Assembly (NCBI GenBank): GCA_963674705.1
Contig: OY771506.1
Span: 32,001 to 96,000 of the forward strand
DNA: 64,000 bases
Origin: Phycisphaeraceae bacterium
Lineage (GTDB): Bacteria; Planctomycetota; Phycisphaerae; Phycisphaerales; Phycisphaeraceae
Direction of reading: 5' to 3'
A model generated the notes under the pieces. That model made no database searches. It was not told the origin of the DNA and saw only the letters and a program-made list of their open reading frames with translations. Each line of letters starts with the position of its first letter. Position 1 is the first letter of the stretch. Both the position numbers and the translations under genes were made by a program. Shown one piece after another: positions 8,587 through 18,644 of the stretch.

Positions 8587-11500
8587 ATGAGTCGTTACAC
8601 AACCCAACACCGTATGATCAGCCGACTGATCACCCGCCCTGTCGTCATGGTACTTCTGGTACTGACGGCGTTACTGGCGACAGCCAGAGAAGCCCAGGCC
8701 GCCGATCCACAGATCCAGCGTGTCCGGGGCATCGACTTCGGGGCCAAGATCAACGGCAGGACAAACATCAACGTCTCGATTACGGATGAACCGGACCAGG
8801 TGGTCTTTGCGTTGACCGGTCCGGTTAGCCGAACGGCCGTCCGCCGACAAGAGCCCTACACCTTCCTGCGAAACGGCAACGGCTCACCGCGCTTCTGGCG
8901 GACCGACCGCTCGCCCGAAGGTGACTACACCATGCAGATCCGTGCGATCAAGAACGGTGAGATCACCGATTCGGTCACGATCAACTTCACGGTCGATCAT
9001 GGCGAGGTCAAGCAGCAGAAGCTCGATCGTAAAGATCGTGTCCGCACGAACATTCTGACTGATGACAGCAGCAATACGACTGAAGAGGTCGTCGTACCCT
9101 CAAGTGGTTCAAGCGAGGACCAATCATCGACAGATGACGCCAAGCGTTCGACCCAGCCGGTGATTACGTTCGACAGCAGCAACGACGATATCTACGAGAT
9201 CGGCTCCGGGGATGTACTGGATATTAATGTCAAGGGTCAGATCCCGAACAACGGCGACATTCTGGCCATCGCCTGGGACCACGACCGCCGTCAGATCGTT
9301 GACGCGTTTGCGCACATGGTCGATAAGGCAAACCCGGTCATCACCTCCGAAAAACTCGACCTGTTGCCGGAAGGCAAGATCCAGGTCCAACTTTTATATC
9401 GCGAAAATTCGGTGATCCAGTACAAGAAGCTTTACGATGTTCAGGTCGTATCGGCTATCGAAGAAGAGGATATCGTTGAAAATACACCGCAAGTAGTTCC
9501 CACGAAGATCATGGATATCGGTGGTGTTCAGGAAGGCGCGGTTCTGACCGGCCAGGTTCAGGTCGAAGTCGCGGTCAGCGGCGATGCTCCCGAAGAAGTC
9601 ATTTTCAATATCAGTGGTCCGCAAGACCTGACCTACATCGCCGAACAGGCCCCGTACGTCCTGCTGGGCAGCGGCAATACCTGGGACACCTCCAAATATT
9701 CCAACGGGCAGTACACGCTGACCGTGACGACGCTGCTCGACGGCGATCAGACCGATTCGAAAACGATCCACTTCACGATCAACAACGTGGTCACGATCCC
9801 CGACCCGGTGGTTAAGTTCCGTAGTGATACACCGGCGGAGTACCGTCTGGGTGAAGGTATCGATATCCCCTACATCGTGAACGGTGACATGCCTGACAAT
9901 GCCAGCATCCTCGTGCTGGTCTGGTCGGCGGCAACCTGGGGGATGGTGGATGAGTTTGCACACTATGATCACGAAGGCGATTCATACGTTATCACTGCCG
10001 AGCAGATGGAAGTAGTTCAGCCCGGCCGTGCACAGTTGCAGTTGATGTACCTGGTCGACAATAAGATGGTGTACAAGCGTACACACGAGCTGGTTATCCT
10101 CGAGCCTTACGGCAGCGGCACAAACGATGGCTCGGTCGTCGACAGCGGTGACAGCGGTAGCAGCAGCGGCAGCGGCAGCTCCGGATCAATTGATGGTGGC
10201 ACGACGGATTCCGGCAGCACGGATGGTTCGGTAGTGGACAGCGGTAGTGACAGTGGTTCGGGCACCGGCAGTGACAGCGGTTCCGGCAGCGACAGCGGCA
10301 GCACCGCTGACAGCGGAGACACGGGCAGTAATACCGGTGATACAACGGCCCCGGATACCGTGCTCAACCTGGATCAGAGCCCGCTACTGGGTATGAACCT
10401 GTCTTTCGTAACCTATTGGACACGTGAATGGGTCTTCACCGACGTGCTGCGTCAGTCGGCGGAATGGACCTCGACGAACACAGGCGGTCAGCCTTACAAC
10501 GCGGGCCGCGAGGTCGTCACCAACAACAACGGTTGGCCGATCCTGCAGAGCGGTGAAGCCGCGAGCACGATCACGATGAACGGCCACGACGGTCGTTACC
10601 CGGGCGGCAAGTACATCTGCACGTATGATGGCGAAGGCGACATCGTCTTCGGCTGGGACGCTCAGAACGGTGCGAGCCAAACCGGTCGTATTGAAGTCAA
10701 TGTCAATCCGACGAACTCAGGTATCTACATGCGTATCGAGAACTCGAACCCGGGTAACCCCGTACGCAATGTGAAACTGATCCACGAGGACCTGGTCGAT
10801 CACAACAGCGAGTTCAATCCGGTGTTTGTTGAGAAGCTCAAGCCGTTCAAGACGCTGCGTTTCATGGACTGGCAGCGTACGAACACCACCAACCAGCATG
10901 TATGGTCCGACCGCGTGACGCCCGATTGGCACACGCAGGGTGAGCGTGGCGGCGTATCGATCGAGCTGATGATCGAATTGTGCAACGAACTCGGCGCCGA
11001 TCCGTGGTTCTGCATGCCCGCCGATGCCGATGACGACTACGTACGTAACTTCGCGCAGATGGTCAAGAACCGTTTGCACAAGGATGGCAAGGTATATGTG
11101 GAATGGTCGAACGAGGTCTGGAACAGCCAGTTTGAGGTCCACAAGTGGATCAAGAACGTCACCGGCGACAACTCCTTCTCGAACGCCTTCTTCGATATGT
11201 GGGCGAACAACGCGAAGCGCGACTTTGTGATCTGGAAGCAGGTCTGGTCGGATGAGCCTGACAGGGTCGTATGTGTCGCCGCCAGCCAGGCCGCGAACGT
11301 ATGGGTCACGGAAAACCTGGTAAACCGTCTGGACGGCACGTTCGACGCGATCTCCTGCTCCAGCTACTTCGGTATCCCGAACGAAAGCGGCCTGACCAGC
11401 GGTACGACGGCCGACGACCTGATCGACATCATGGCAAACAGTATTGTGACCGATAACCGCAAGTATTACACCAAGCACGGCGATCTTGCCCGCAGCTGGA

Positions 11501-11832
11501 GTGACAAACTCGGTCGTCATATCAAGTTCATCGCCTACGAGGGTGGCCAGCACCTGGCGGACGGCGGTATGAACAAACCTCACAAAGCGGCATTGATTGC
11601 GGCGCAGGATCATCCGAAGATGTATGATCTGTACCTGCAGAACATGCTCGAGTTCGAGCGTGCGGGCGGCTCAGCGAATGTCTTGTTCAACTACGTTGGC
11701 CGTCGCGATCAGTGGGGCTCATGGGGCCACCTGCAGTACCAGGACGAGCCGGTCACGAACTCGTTGAAGATGAGAGCCGTATTGGACTACCCCGGCTCGG
11801 ACAAGCGGCTGGAACTGACGACCTTCGATTAA
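8587..11832 (+). CDS. Secreted multidomain protein: duplicated Ig-like domain pairs, Ser/Gly/Asp linker, C-terminal clan GH-A-like TIM barrel
   Basis: Signal peptide ending AQA; internal A-B-A'-B' repeats; C-terminal 'LRFMDW', 'YVEWSNEVWN', 'AYEGGQH' motifs. Confidence 0.75.
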   Translation: MSRYTTQHRMISRLITRPVVMVLLVLTALLATAREAQAADPQIQRVRGIDFGAKINGRTNINVSITDEPDQVVFALTGPVSRTAVRRQEPYTFLRNGNGSPRFWRTDRSPEGDYTMQIRAIKNGEITDSVTINFTVDHGEVKQQKLDRKDRVRTNILTDDSSNTTEEVVVPSSGSSEDQSSTDDAKRSTQPVITFDSSNDDIYEIGSGDVLDINVKGQIPNNGDILAIAWDHDRRQIVDAFAHMVDKANPVITSEKLDLLPEGKIQVQLLYRENSVIQYKKLYDVQVVSAIEEEDIVENTPQVVPTKIMDIGGVQEGAVLTGQVQVEVAVSGDAPEEVIFNISGPQDLTYIAEQAPYVLLGSGNTWDTSKYSNGQYTLTVTTLLDGDQTDSKTIHFTINNVVTIPDPVVKFRSDTPAEYRLGEGIDIPYIVNGDMPDNASILVLVWSAATWGMVDEFAHYDHEGDSYVITAEQMEVVQPGRAQLQLMYLVDNKMVYKRTHELVILEPYGSGTNDGSVVDSGDSGSSSGSGSSGSIDGGTTDSGSTDGSVVDSGSDSGSGTGSDSGSGSDSGSTADSGDTGSNTGDTTAPDTVLNLDQSPLLGMNLSFVTYWTREWVFTDVLRQSAEWTSTNTGGQPYNAGREVVTNNNGWPILQSGEAASTITMNGHDGRYPGGKYICTYDGEGDIVFGWDAQNGASQTGRIEVNVNPTNSGIYMRIENSNPGNPVRNVKLIHEDLVDHNSEFNPVFVEKLKPFKTLRFMDWQRTNTTNQHVWSDRVTPDWHTQGERGGVSIELMIELCNELGADPWFCMPADADDDYVRNFAQMVKNRLHKDGKVYVEWSNEVWNSQFEVHKWIKNVTGDNSFSNAFFDMWANNAKRDFVIWKQVWSDEPDRVVCVAASQAANVWVTENLVNRLDGTFDAISCSSYFGIPNESGLTSGTTADDLIDIMANSIVTDNRKYYTKHGDLARSWSDKLGRHIKFIAYEGGQHLADGGMNKPHKAALIAAQDHPKMYDLYLQNMLEFERAGGSANVLFNYVGRRDQWGSWGHLQYQDEPVTNSLKMRAVLDYPGSDKRLELTTFD
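10111..10350 (+). repeat. Low-complexity DSG/SGS linker coding repeat
   Basis: Recurrent GACAGCGGY/GGCAGC units encoding 'DGSVVDSG' twice and many DSG/SGS triplets. Confidence 0.85.
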
Positions 11833-11845
11833 TGACGGAGTTGAT

Positions 11846-13453
11846 TTGGACCCAGGGAATACAAGCGACAACCTAGAGGGTCCTGCCGAAACGGCGCCGC
11901 CCCCGGATACCCAAGCCAACACGGGTGTCACGGGGGCGGTGGACTGCGCGGCCGAGATCGCGGAGCCCCCCGGCGAGATGGCGGACCCGGCGGATTTACC
12001 GGAATCGGCATCCGATCAGGTGGCCACGGGTAAGAAGTCGGTCAAGTCGCTGGCGATGCGGGGCTCGGCGTTCGTGCTCTGCGGCAACCTGACACAACAG
12101 TTCATCCGCTTCGCGAGCAACCTGCTGCTGGCGCGTCTGCTTCTGCCCGAGGCGTTCGGGTTGATGCAGGTCGTGACGGTGGTGCTGATCGGTCTGCAAC
12201 TGTTCTCGGACATCGGGATCGGGCCGAGCATCATTCAGCACAAACGCGGGGACGATCCGAAGTTCTTCAACACCGCATGGACGGTCCAGGTGCTCCGCGG
12301 GATCTTGCTGAGCACCGTCGCTGTATTGGTCGTCGCTCCGATCGTTCACTTTATCGGTCACCTGATGGAAACCTCGTCGGAGGCCGGGTCCGATGCGGTG
12401 TATAGCGATCCCCGACTGATCCCGCTGATCTGCGTGGCTTCGATCACGGCGGCGGTCAGTGGATTCAATTCCACAAAATTGTTTACCGCCAACCGAAACC
12501 TGGCGGTCGGCAGGATCATGGTGATTGAAGTCAGTGCCCAGCTGATGGGTGTGATGTGCATGGCCAGTTGGGCGTGGTACTTCAAGAGCGTCTGGGCGCT
12601 GGTGTGTGGGAGCATGGCGCAGGCGTGGCTGCGGATGCTGCTGACCCACGTCCTTTTGCCGGGCGAGAGGAACCGGTTCTTCTTCGACCGCGAATCGTTC
12701 AGCGAGCTGTTGAAGTTCGGTCGGTGGATCTTCCTGAGCACCGCGGCGCTGTTCATCGCGGCACAGGGCGACCGGTTGTTGCTCGGCGCATACGTCGAAC
12801 CAAAGATCCTGGGTATCTACGGCTTCGCTTACTTCCTGAGCGAGGCGTTGAACCAGTTGATCGACTTTGTAAGTCGGTTGGTGTTCCTGCCTGCGTTCAG
12901 CCACGTGGCGCGTGATAAGCCGGAGCGGTTGAAGCTGAATTATTACCAGGTGCGTCTGCGTCTGGACGCGTTAACCCTGCCGATGGCCGGTGGATTGATG
13001 ATGCTGGGCCAGGATGTGGTGAACGTGCTTTATCCGGACGTTTACGCCCCGGCGGGCTGGATGCTGCGCGTATTGGCGATCCGGGTGGCACTAGCGTGTA
13101 CGTTGCCGGCGGCGGTAAGCTGCCTGCTGGCGATCGGGGACTCCAAAAGCGTTTTCGCGGGGAACCTCGGCAAGACGGTCGTCCTCCTGATTGGCATCCC
13201 GCTTGGCCATCACCTGGGGGGGATCTACCTGCCGGGGCTGGTCTTCGGGGAAATCACCATTGATGGGGGCGTGCATGGGGTGATCTGGGCGATCGCGTTA
13301 TCGGAACTGGGTTCGCTGCCCATATTGTGGTGGCGCATGTCCAGACACGGGCTGTTGCGGCCAAGCCGGGAGGCTCTGGCGGGGCTGTTCGTCCTGGTGG
13401 GGATCGGGGTGGGTTACCTGGTGCACCTGGGGTGGGCATGGCTGTGGAATTGA
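11846..13453 (+). CDS. wzx: Wzx-type oligosaccharide flippase (start uncertain; ATG 11978 possible)
   Basis: 'LLLARLLLPEAFGL', 'FSDIGIGPSIIQ', 'GDRLLLG..LGIY', about 12 TM segments. Confidence 0.88.
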   Translation: MDPGNTSDNLEGPAETAPPPDTQANTGVTGAVDCAAEIAEPPGEMADPADLPESASDQVATGKKSVKSLAMRGSAFVLCGNLTQQFIRFASNLLLARLLLPEAFGLMQVVTVVLIGLQLFSDIGIGPSIIQHKRGDDPKFFNTAWTVQVLRGILLSTVAVLVVAPIVHFIGHLMETSSEAGSDAVYSDPRLIPLICVASITAAVSGFNSTKLFTANRNLAVGRIMVIEVSAQLMGVMCMASWAWYFKSVWALVCGSMAQAWLRMLLTHVLLPGERNRFFFDRESFSELLKFGRWIFLSTAALFIAAQGDRLLLGAYVEPKILGIYGFAYFLSEALNQLIDFVSRLVFLPAFSHVARDKPERLKLNYYQVRLRLDALTLPMAGGLMMLGQDVVNVLYPDVYAPAGWMLRVLAIRVALACTLPAAVSCLLAIGDSKSVFAGNLGKTVVLLIGIPLGHHLGGIYLPGLVFGEITIDGGVHGVIWAIALSELGSLPILWWRMSRHGLLRPSREALAGLFVLVGIGVGYLVHLGWAWLWN

Positions 13454-13577
13454 TAAGTTACCCACAAGCTTTGCCATAGGGCGAAACCTCGATCGCCGAT
13501 GAACGTATTATGCATTTGGGCGGTCGTGCGCCCATTTGGCTTGTGACGATCCAAGAGACGCGAGGCACAACGGTTAC

Positions 13578-15020
13578 ATGTATCCCACGGTCACCATCAG
13601 CCTGCTAGGGTGGACGCCCGTCGTGCTGTTGCTGTTCATGGCGATGAGGCCATTGCGTGCGGTGATAACGGCATTCATCGTGGCGTGGCTGTTTTTGCCG
13701 GTTACCGTTCCGGACCTGCTTATCATCCAGGGCCTGCCCGAGCTGGACAAGATGACGGTCACCTGCCTGGCCGTGCTGCTGGGCACAGCGATCTTCGATC
13801 AGCAACGACTGCTTTCGTTCAGACCCAAGCGATACGACATCCCGATGATCATCTGGTGTATCGTGCCGCTATTCAGTTCGCTGACGAATACTGACTCGAC
13901 GGTCTGGGGACATCCGGGTATCCCAAACCCACTGTACGACGGTTTGAGCGAGACGCTTAAGCAGACGGTGACCTGGGGCTTCCCGTACATCATCGGCCGG
14001 GTGTACTTCACCAATCTCAACGCGTTGCGCGAATTGGCGATCGGCATCTTTATCGGGGGACTGGTGTATATCCCGTTATGTTTGTTTGAGTTCAAGATGA
14101 GTCCGCAGTTGCACTTCATCTTTTATGGTGTACATCCGCACGTGGACTTCCGGCAGGCGATCCGCGGCGACGGGTACCGCCCCACCGTTTTCATGGCACA
14201 CGGTCTGATGGTTGCTTTATGGATGGCAACATCCACATTAATTGGCGGTTGGCTTTGGTACAGCGGTTCATTAAAACGCGTGCTGGAGGTGCCGATCGGT
14301 TTTCTGGTCGTGCCGTTGTTTGGCGTAACCGTGTGGTGTAAATCGATGGCATCGTTGCTGTTGATGCTCATGGGGCTGGCGACGTTGTTCTTTGTCAGCA
14401 AGACACGCATGCGCTGGCCGGTGATCCTGCTGATCGTCTTGGCACCAACATACATGACGCTGCGGGCGACGCAGATGTGGGATGGGATGAATGCGGTAAA
14501 CTTCATTAAAACAACGATCAGTGAGGACCGCGCCCAATCGCTCGAGCTGCGTATGACCAATGAGAACCTGCTGGCGGAACGGGCATTGGAGAAGCCGATC
14601 TTCGGCTGGGCGGGCTGGGGACGGGCGCGTGTATACGACTGGCTGGGCAAGGATATTTCAATCACCGACGGGATGTGGGTGATCGCGTTCGGCCAGCACG
14701 GGCTGGTAGGATTGGCATCATTCACGGCGGTGATCCTGCTGCCGGTGTGGCTGACGCTAAGACGGATCCCGGTGCGATTGTGGATGCATCCGAAGGCAGC
14801 GCCCGCTGCAGCGCTGGCGATCACGCTGATCCTGTACATGGTGGACAACCTGCTGAACGCGATGACCAACCCGATTTTCATGCTGATGGCCGGGGCATTG
14901 TCTGGACAGCAGGCGATCAGTATGCGTAAGCGTGTAGCCAGACCTGTTCGCCCTGAGAATGAAACAACCGAAGACACGACAGAGCAAACGGATGGTGCGG
15001 CCGCGATCGAGGCCGCGTAA
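13578..15020 (+). CDS. Wzy-like polymerase / O-antigen ligase family membrane protein
   Basis: Many TM segments, 'RPTVFMAH', periplasmic 'RAQSLELR..KPIFGWAGWG' Wzy_C-like loop; follows wzx. Confidence 0.78.
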   Translation: MYPTVTISLLGWTPVVLLLFMAMRPLRAVITAFIVAWLFLPVTVPDLLIIQGLPELDKMTVTCLAVLLGTAIFDQQRLLSFRPKRYDIPMIIWCIVPLFSSLTNTDSTVWGHPGIPNPLYDGLSETLKQTVTWGFPYIIGRVYFTNLNALRELAIGIFIGGLVYIPLCLFEFKMSPQLHFIFYGVHPHVDFRQAIRGDGYRPTVFMAHGLMVALWMATSTLIGGWLWYSGSLKRVLEVPIGFLVVPLFGVTVWCKSMASLLLMLMGLATLFFVSKTRMRWPVILLIVLAPTYMTLRATQMWDGMNAVNFIKTTISEDRAQSLELRMTNENLLAERALEKPIFGWAGWGRARVYDWLGKDISITDGMWVIAFGQHGLVGLASFTAVILLPVWLTLRRIPVRLWMHPKAAPAAALAITLILYMVDNLLNAMTNPIFMLMAGALSGQQAISMRKRVARPVRPENETTEDTTEQTDGAAAIEAA

Positions 15021-15040
15021 CAATCGTTAAGCGAACCCAT

Positions 15041-16003
15041 ATGAAACTGCTGATTGTCATCGTGAACTACCGCACAGCCGACCTGACCATCGACTGCCTG
15101 CGCTCGCTGGATGAGGAATTGAAAGGCCTCGACGGTGTGCGTGTGATCGTGACGGACAATAAGTCGGGCGATGATTCACCGGTGCGGATCAAGCAGGCCA
15201 TCGAAGATAACGGCTGGGTCGGCTGGGCGGAGTTGATGCCGCTGGAGCGTAACGGCGGGTTCGCATATGGGAACAACGAAGCGATCCGCGTCGGGCTTAA
15301 TAGCGATGATCCGCCGGAGTATGTGCTGCTGTTGAATCCGGACACGGTAGTACGGCCGGGCGGTGTCAGGGAGCTGCTTGAATACATGGAAACGAACCTT
15401 GCTGCGGGGATTGCGGGCAGTCGGCTGGAAGACCCAGACGGCACGCCACAACGTTCGGCGTTCCGTTTCCACAACCTTGGTTCGGAACTCGATGACGGTT
15501 TGCGTCTGGGATTCGTCTCGAAGCTGCTGCAAAATAAGAGTGTCGCGCCGCCGGTGCGGGACGACACGCATCAGACGGATTGGGTCGCCGGGGCGTCGAT
15601 GATTATCCGCAAGCAAGTGTTCGACGATGTCGGGCTGATGGATGAAAGCTACTTCATGTACTACGAGGAGGTCGACTTCTGCCTGCGTGCCAACCGTGCG
15701 GGCTGGCCCTGCTGGTACGTGCCGGAAAGCCACGTCGTGCATCTGGTGGGCCAGGCGTCGGGCGTCACGGTTCAGAACACCAAGCCGAAGCGTCGGCCGG
15801 ACTACTGGTTCGACTCGCGGCGGCGCTACTTCCTGAAAAACCATGGCCGGTTCTACACCGCCTTGGCGGACATCGTCTGGGCGCTGGCGTTCGCAACGTT
15901 TAGACTCAGACGCTTGATACAGCGTAAGCCCGATACCGATCCGCCGAAGTTGTTGTTCGACTTTGTCCGTCACAGCGTCATGCTGAAGGGGGCGAAGGTA
16001 TGA
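15041..16003 (+). CDS. Glycosyltransferase family 2
   Basis: 'IVIVNYR', 'NGGFAYGNN', 'LLNPD', 'YFMYYEEVDFC'. Confidence 0.92.
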   Translation: MKLLIVIVNYRTADLTIDCLRSLDEELKGLDGVRVIVTDNKSGDDSPVRIKQAIEDNGWVGWAELMPLERNGGFAYGNNEAIRVGLNSDDPPEYVLLLNPDTVVRPGGVRELLEYMETNLAAGIAGSRLEDPDGTPQRSAFRFHNLGSELDDGLRLGFVSKLLQNKSVAPPVRDDTHQTDWVAGASMIIRKQVFDDVGLMDESYFMYYEEVDFCLRANRAGWPCWYVPESHVVHLVGQASGVTVQNTKPKRRPDYWFDSRRRYFLKNHGRFYTALADIVWALAFATFRLRRLIQRKPDTDPPKLLFDFVRHSVMLKGAKV

Positions 16004-16566
16004 CAGAACCACAAAACACAACTGAATCCCGGAACAAAATGCCCGGCCTGATCGCGCTGATCCGTGAGGATTACAACAACCATGGTCGTGAGTTCACACG
16101 CCCGGGCTTCCGCGCGATGGCTGTGGCGCGCTTCGGTCAGTGGCGCATGGGTGTGAAACCAAAAATCCTGCGTGCGCCGCTTAGCGTGCTGTACCGCATG
16201 ATGTACCGGCGGATACGTAATCACTACGGCATCGAACTGCCTTACGCGACAGAGCTTGGGCGTAACGTCATTCTCGAACATCAGCATGGGATCGTGATCC
16301 ACGGCTGTGCGAAGATCGGCGACGGCTGCGTCATCCGCCAGGGCGTGACCATCGGAAACCGCACGCTCGATAAACCGCTCGAAGCACCGACACTCGGTAA
16401 AAACGTGAACGTCGGCGCAGGCGCGAAAGTGCTGGGCGGGATCACGATCGGCGATAATGCGGTGATCGGCGCGAACGCGGTCGTGCTCAAGGATGTGCCG
16501 GCCGGTGCGTTGGCGGTCGGTGTGCCGGCGGTGATCAAGATGAAGAAGGGGGAAGCCGAAGCGTGA
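16000..16566 (+). CDS. Serine acetyltransferase-like (WcaB-type) polysaccharide O-acetyltransferase
   Basis: 'HQHGIVIH', 'RQGVTIG', 'GAGAKVLG..IGANAVV..VGVPA'. Lacks the CysE N-terminal domain and sits in an EPS operon. Confidence 0.85.
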   Translation: MTEPQNTTESRNKMPGLIALIREDYNNHGREFTRPGFRAMAVARFGQWRMGVKPKILRAPLSVLYRMMYRRIRNHYGIELPYATELGRNVILEHQHGIVIHGCAKIGDGCVIRQGVTIGNRTLDKPLEAPTLGKNVNVGAGAKVLGGITIGDNAVIGANAVVLKDVPAGALAVGVPAVIKMKKGEAEA

Positions 16567-17600
16567 GTGATATTACCCCCCTACCCGATGTCGGCGCTGT
16601 TTTGATCGGCCGCAATGAAGGCGCGGCGCTACGGCTGTGTTTGCAGAGCATCGTGTCGCGCGTCGCGGCGGTGGTGTACGTCGACTCGGGTTCGACCGAT
16701 GGCAGCGTGGAATATGCCAAGAGTCTTGGGGTGGAGGTCGTCGATCTGGATACATCCGTTCCATTCACCGCGGCACGAGCGCGCGACGCGGGGCTTTCGC
16801 GGCTTCTTGAAATGAAGACCGACCTTGTCTATGTGCAGTTCGTTGATGGTGATTGCGAGGTCAACGAAAACTGGCTCACGACGGCACACGAGGCTTTGGA
16901 AAGTGAAGAGAAACTCGCCGTGGTATGCGGACGCCGACGCGAACGCTTCCCCGATGCGACGAAGTATAACCGCCACTGCGATATGGAATGGGATACACCC
17001 GTCGGCGAAGCGAAGGCGTGTGGCGGCGATTCGATGATGAAGATCGAGGCGTACAAGCAGGCTGGCGGGTTTAACACGAAACTCATCTGCGGCGAAGAAC
17101 CCGAGCTTTGTATCCGAATACGTGCAGCGGGCTGGAAGGTGAAGCGCCTGGACGCTGAGATGACGCTGCATGATGCGAAGATGACGAAGTTCAGCCAGTT
17201 CTGGAAACGGTCCGTGCGAGGCGGCTGGGCGTATGCTGAGGGGTATGCGATGCACGGCAAGCCGCCGGAGAAACACTGCGTCCGCCAGTATTACAACACC
17301 TGGTTTTACGGGGCGATCCTGCCGATTTTGCTGCTATTGTTAGCGTTACCGACGCTTGGATTGAGTTTGCTGCTGGGCGTGGTGGTCTATTCGCGACACA
17401 TTTGGAAGGTCCGAAATGATCGGCTGTGGCGTGGCGACGATCGCTATCACGCGTTGACGTATGCCAAACTCGCCACGATCGCTAAACTCCCCGAGGCCAT
17501 CGGCCAAATGAAGTACTGGCTGACACGCTGGCGGGGCAAGCAGGCCACCTTAATCGAGTACAAACCACAAGGCGCAAAAGCGCAGACCGGAGAAGCGTAA
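16563..17600 (+). CDS. Glycosyltransferase family 2
   Basis: 'IGRNEG', 'YVDSGSTDGS', 'QFVDGDC', 'GEEPELC'. Confidence 0.9.
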   Translation: MSDITPLPDVGAVLIGRNEGAALRLCLQSIVSRVAAVVYVDSGSTDGSVEYAKSLGVEVVDLDTSVPFTAARARDAGLSRLLEMKTDLVYVQFVDGDCEVNENWLTTAHEALESEEKLAVVCGRRRERFPDATKYNRHCDMEWDTPVGEAKACGGDSMMKIEAYKQAGGFNTKLICGEEPELCIRIRAAGWKVKRLDAEMTLHDAKMTKFSQFWKRSVRGGWAYAEGYAMHGKPPEKHCVRQYYNTWFYGAILPILLLLLALPTLGLSLLLGVVVYSRHIWKVRNDRLWRGDDRYHALTYAKLATIAKLPEAIGQMKYWLTRWRGKQATLIEYKPQGAKAQTGEA

Positions 17601-18644
17601 GTGAAGTCTGCCGTTATCGGGACAGGCGAGATCTCGGCCGAGCACCTCGGCTACCTGGCGAAGAGCACCGCTATCAATCTGGTGGGTGTGTGCGATCTGT
17701 CGCGCGCCGCCGCGGAGTATGCCGCGAAGTCGTTCGGGGCGGCCAAGGCGTACATGGATTACAAGCAGATGCTCGACGAGGCGAAGCCGGATGTCGTGCA
17801 TGTCTTGACGCCGCCGCAAACGCACGTGCCGATCTCGATGGATTGCCTGGATGCCGGGGCGCACGTGATCTGCGAGAAGCCGATCACGCTGGGCCACAGT
17901 GAGTTCGTCAAGCTCTACGAACACGCCAAGAGCAAGAACAAGTGCCTCGTCGAAGATCACAATTATCGCTTTAACCGCCCGATTCTCGAGATCGAACGAT
18001 TGCGCAAGGACGGCGTGCTTGGCGAGGTGATGGAAGTCGACGTGCGGATGGCGTTGAAGATCCGCGACGGCGGACGATTTGCCGACCGTAACCTGCCGAA
18101 CCCGGCACACAAGCTGCCGGCCGGTGTGATCCACGACTTTATCACGCACCTGACGTACCTGGCACTCAACTTCATTCCGGATCCTGACAAGGTCAGCGCC
18201 GCATGGACAAATCATGGCAATGATGATCTGTTCAAGTATGACGACCTGGATGCGATCTTGATCGCGGGTGAGAAGCACGCGAGGATACGCTTCAGTTGCC
18301 GAACGGCGCCGGATGTGTTTGCCGTGACGGTACGTGGGACGAAGGGCGAGGTACAGACAGATCTTTTCCATCCGTTCATGCGTCTGCTTAAGCCGCGTGT
18401 GGGTGGATCGAAGTTGTCGCCGGTGACGAATCAGTTTGCTAATGGTGCGCAGTTGATGAGTTCATCGTTTAAGACGCTTTGGAACAAACTGATGCAGCGG
18501 ACGCCTTACGAAGGGCTGCATCGATTTCTGGATCAGACGTACGATGCATTGAAGCGTGAGGTGCAGCCGCCCGTGACGTTTGAGGATATGGACAGGACAA
18601 GCCGGGTGATCGACCAGATGTTGGCGGAGGAGAACCGGGCATGA
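17601..18644 (+). CDS. Gfo/Idh/MocA family oxidoreductase
   Basis: 'VIGTGEI', 'DVVHVLTPPQTH', 'CEKP'. Confidence 0.92.
   Translation: MKSAVIGTGEISAEHLGYLAKSTAINLVGVCDLSRAAAEYAAKSFGAAKAYMDYKQMLDEAKPDVVHVLTPPQTHVPISMDCLDAGAHVICEKPITLGHSEFVKLYEHAKSKNKCLVEDHNYRFNRPILEIERLRKDGVLGEVMEVDVRMALKIRDGGRFADRNLPNPAHKLPAGVIHDFITHLTYLALNFIPDPDKVSAAWTNHGNDDLFKYDDLDAILIAGEKHARIRFSCRTAPDVFAVTVRGTKGEVQTDLFHPFMRLLKPRVGGSKLSPVTNQFANGAQLMSSSFKTLWNKLMQRTPYEGLHRFLDQTYDALKREVQPPVTFEDMDRTSRVIDQMLAEENRA

Noticed and set aside
10111..10350. Possible CRISPR or non-coding tandem array
   Set aside because: The repeats are in-frame, degenerate and encode a Ser/Gly/Asp linker. There is no repeat-spacer structure and no cas gene in the window.
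10717..11613. Long antisense and alternate-frame ORFs (e.g. 10717-11613, 11996-12904, 14123-15040, 18650-19666, 22745-23650)
   Set aside because: They are shadows of well-supported genes in GC-rich DNA and have no motifs of their own.
16000..16566. cysE (cysteine biosynthesis)
   Set aside because: The protein is short, lacks the CysE N-terminal helical domain and is translationally coupled to glycosyltransferases; a WcaB-like role fits better.
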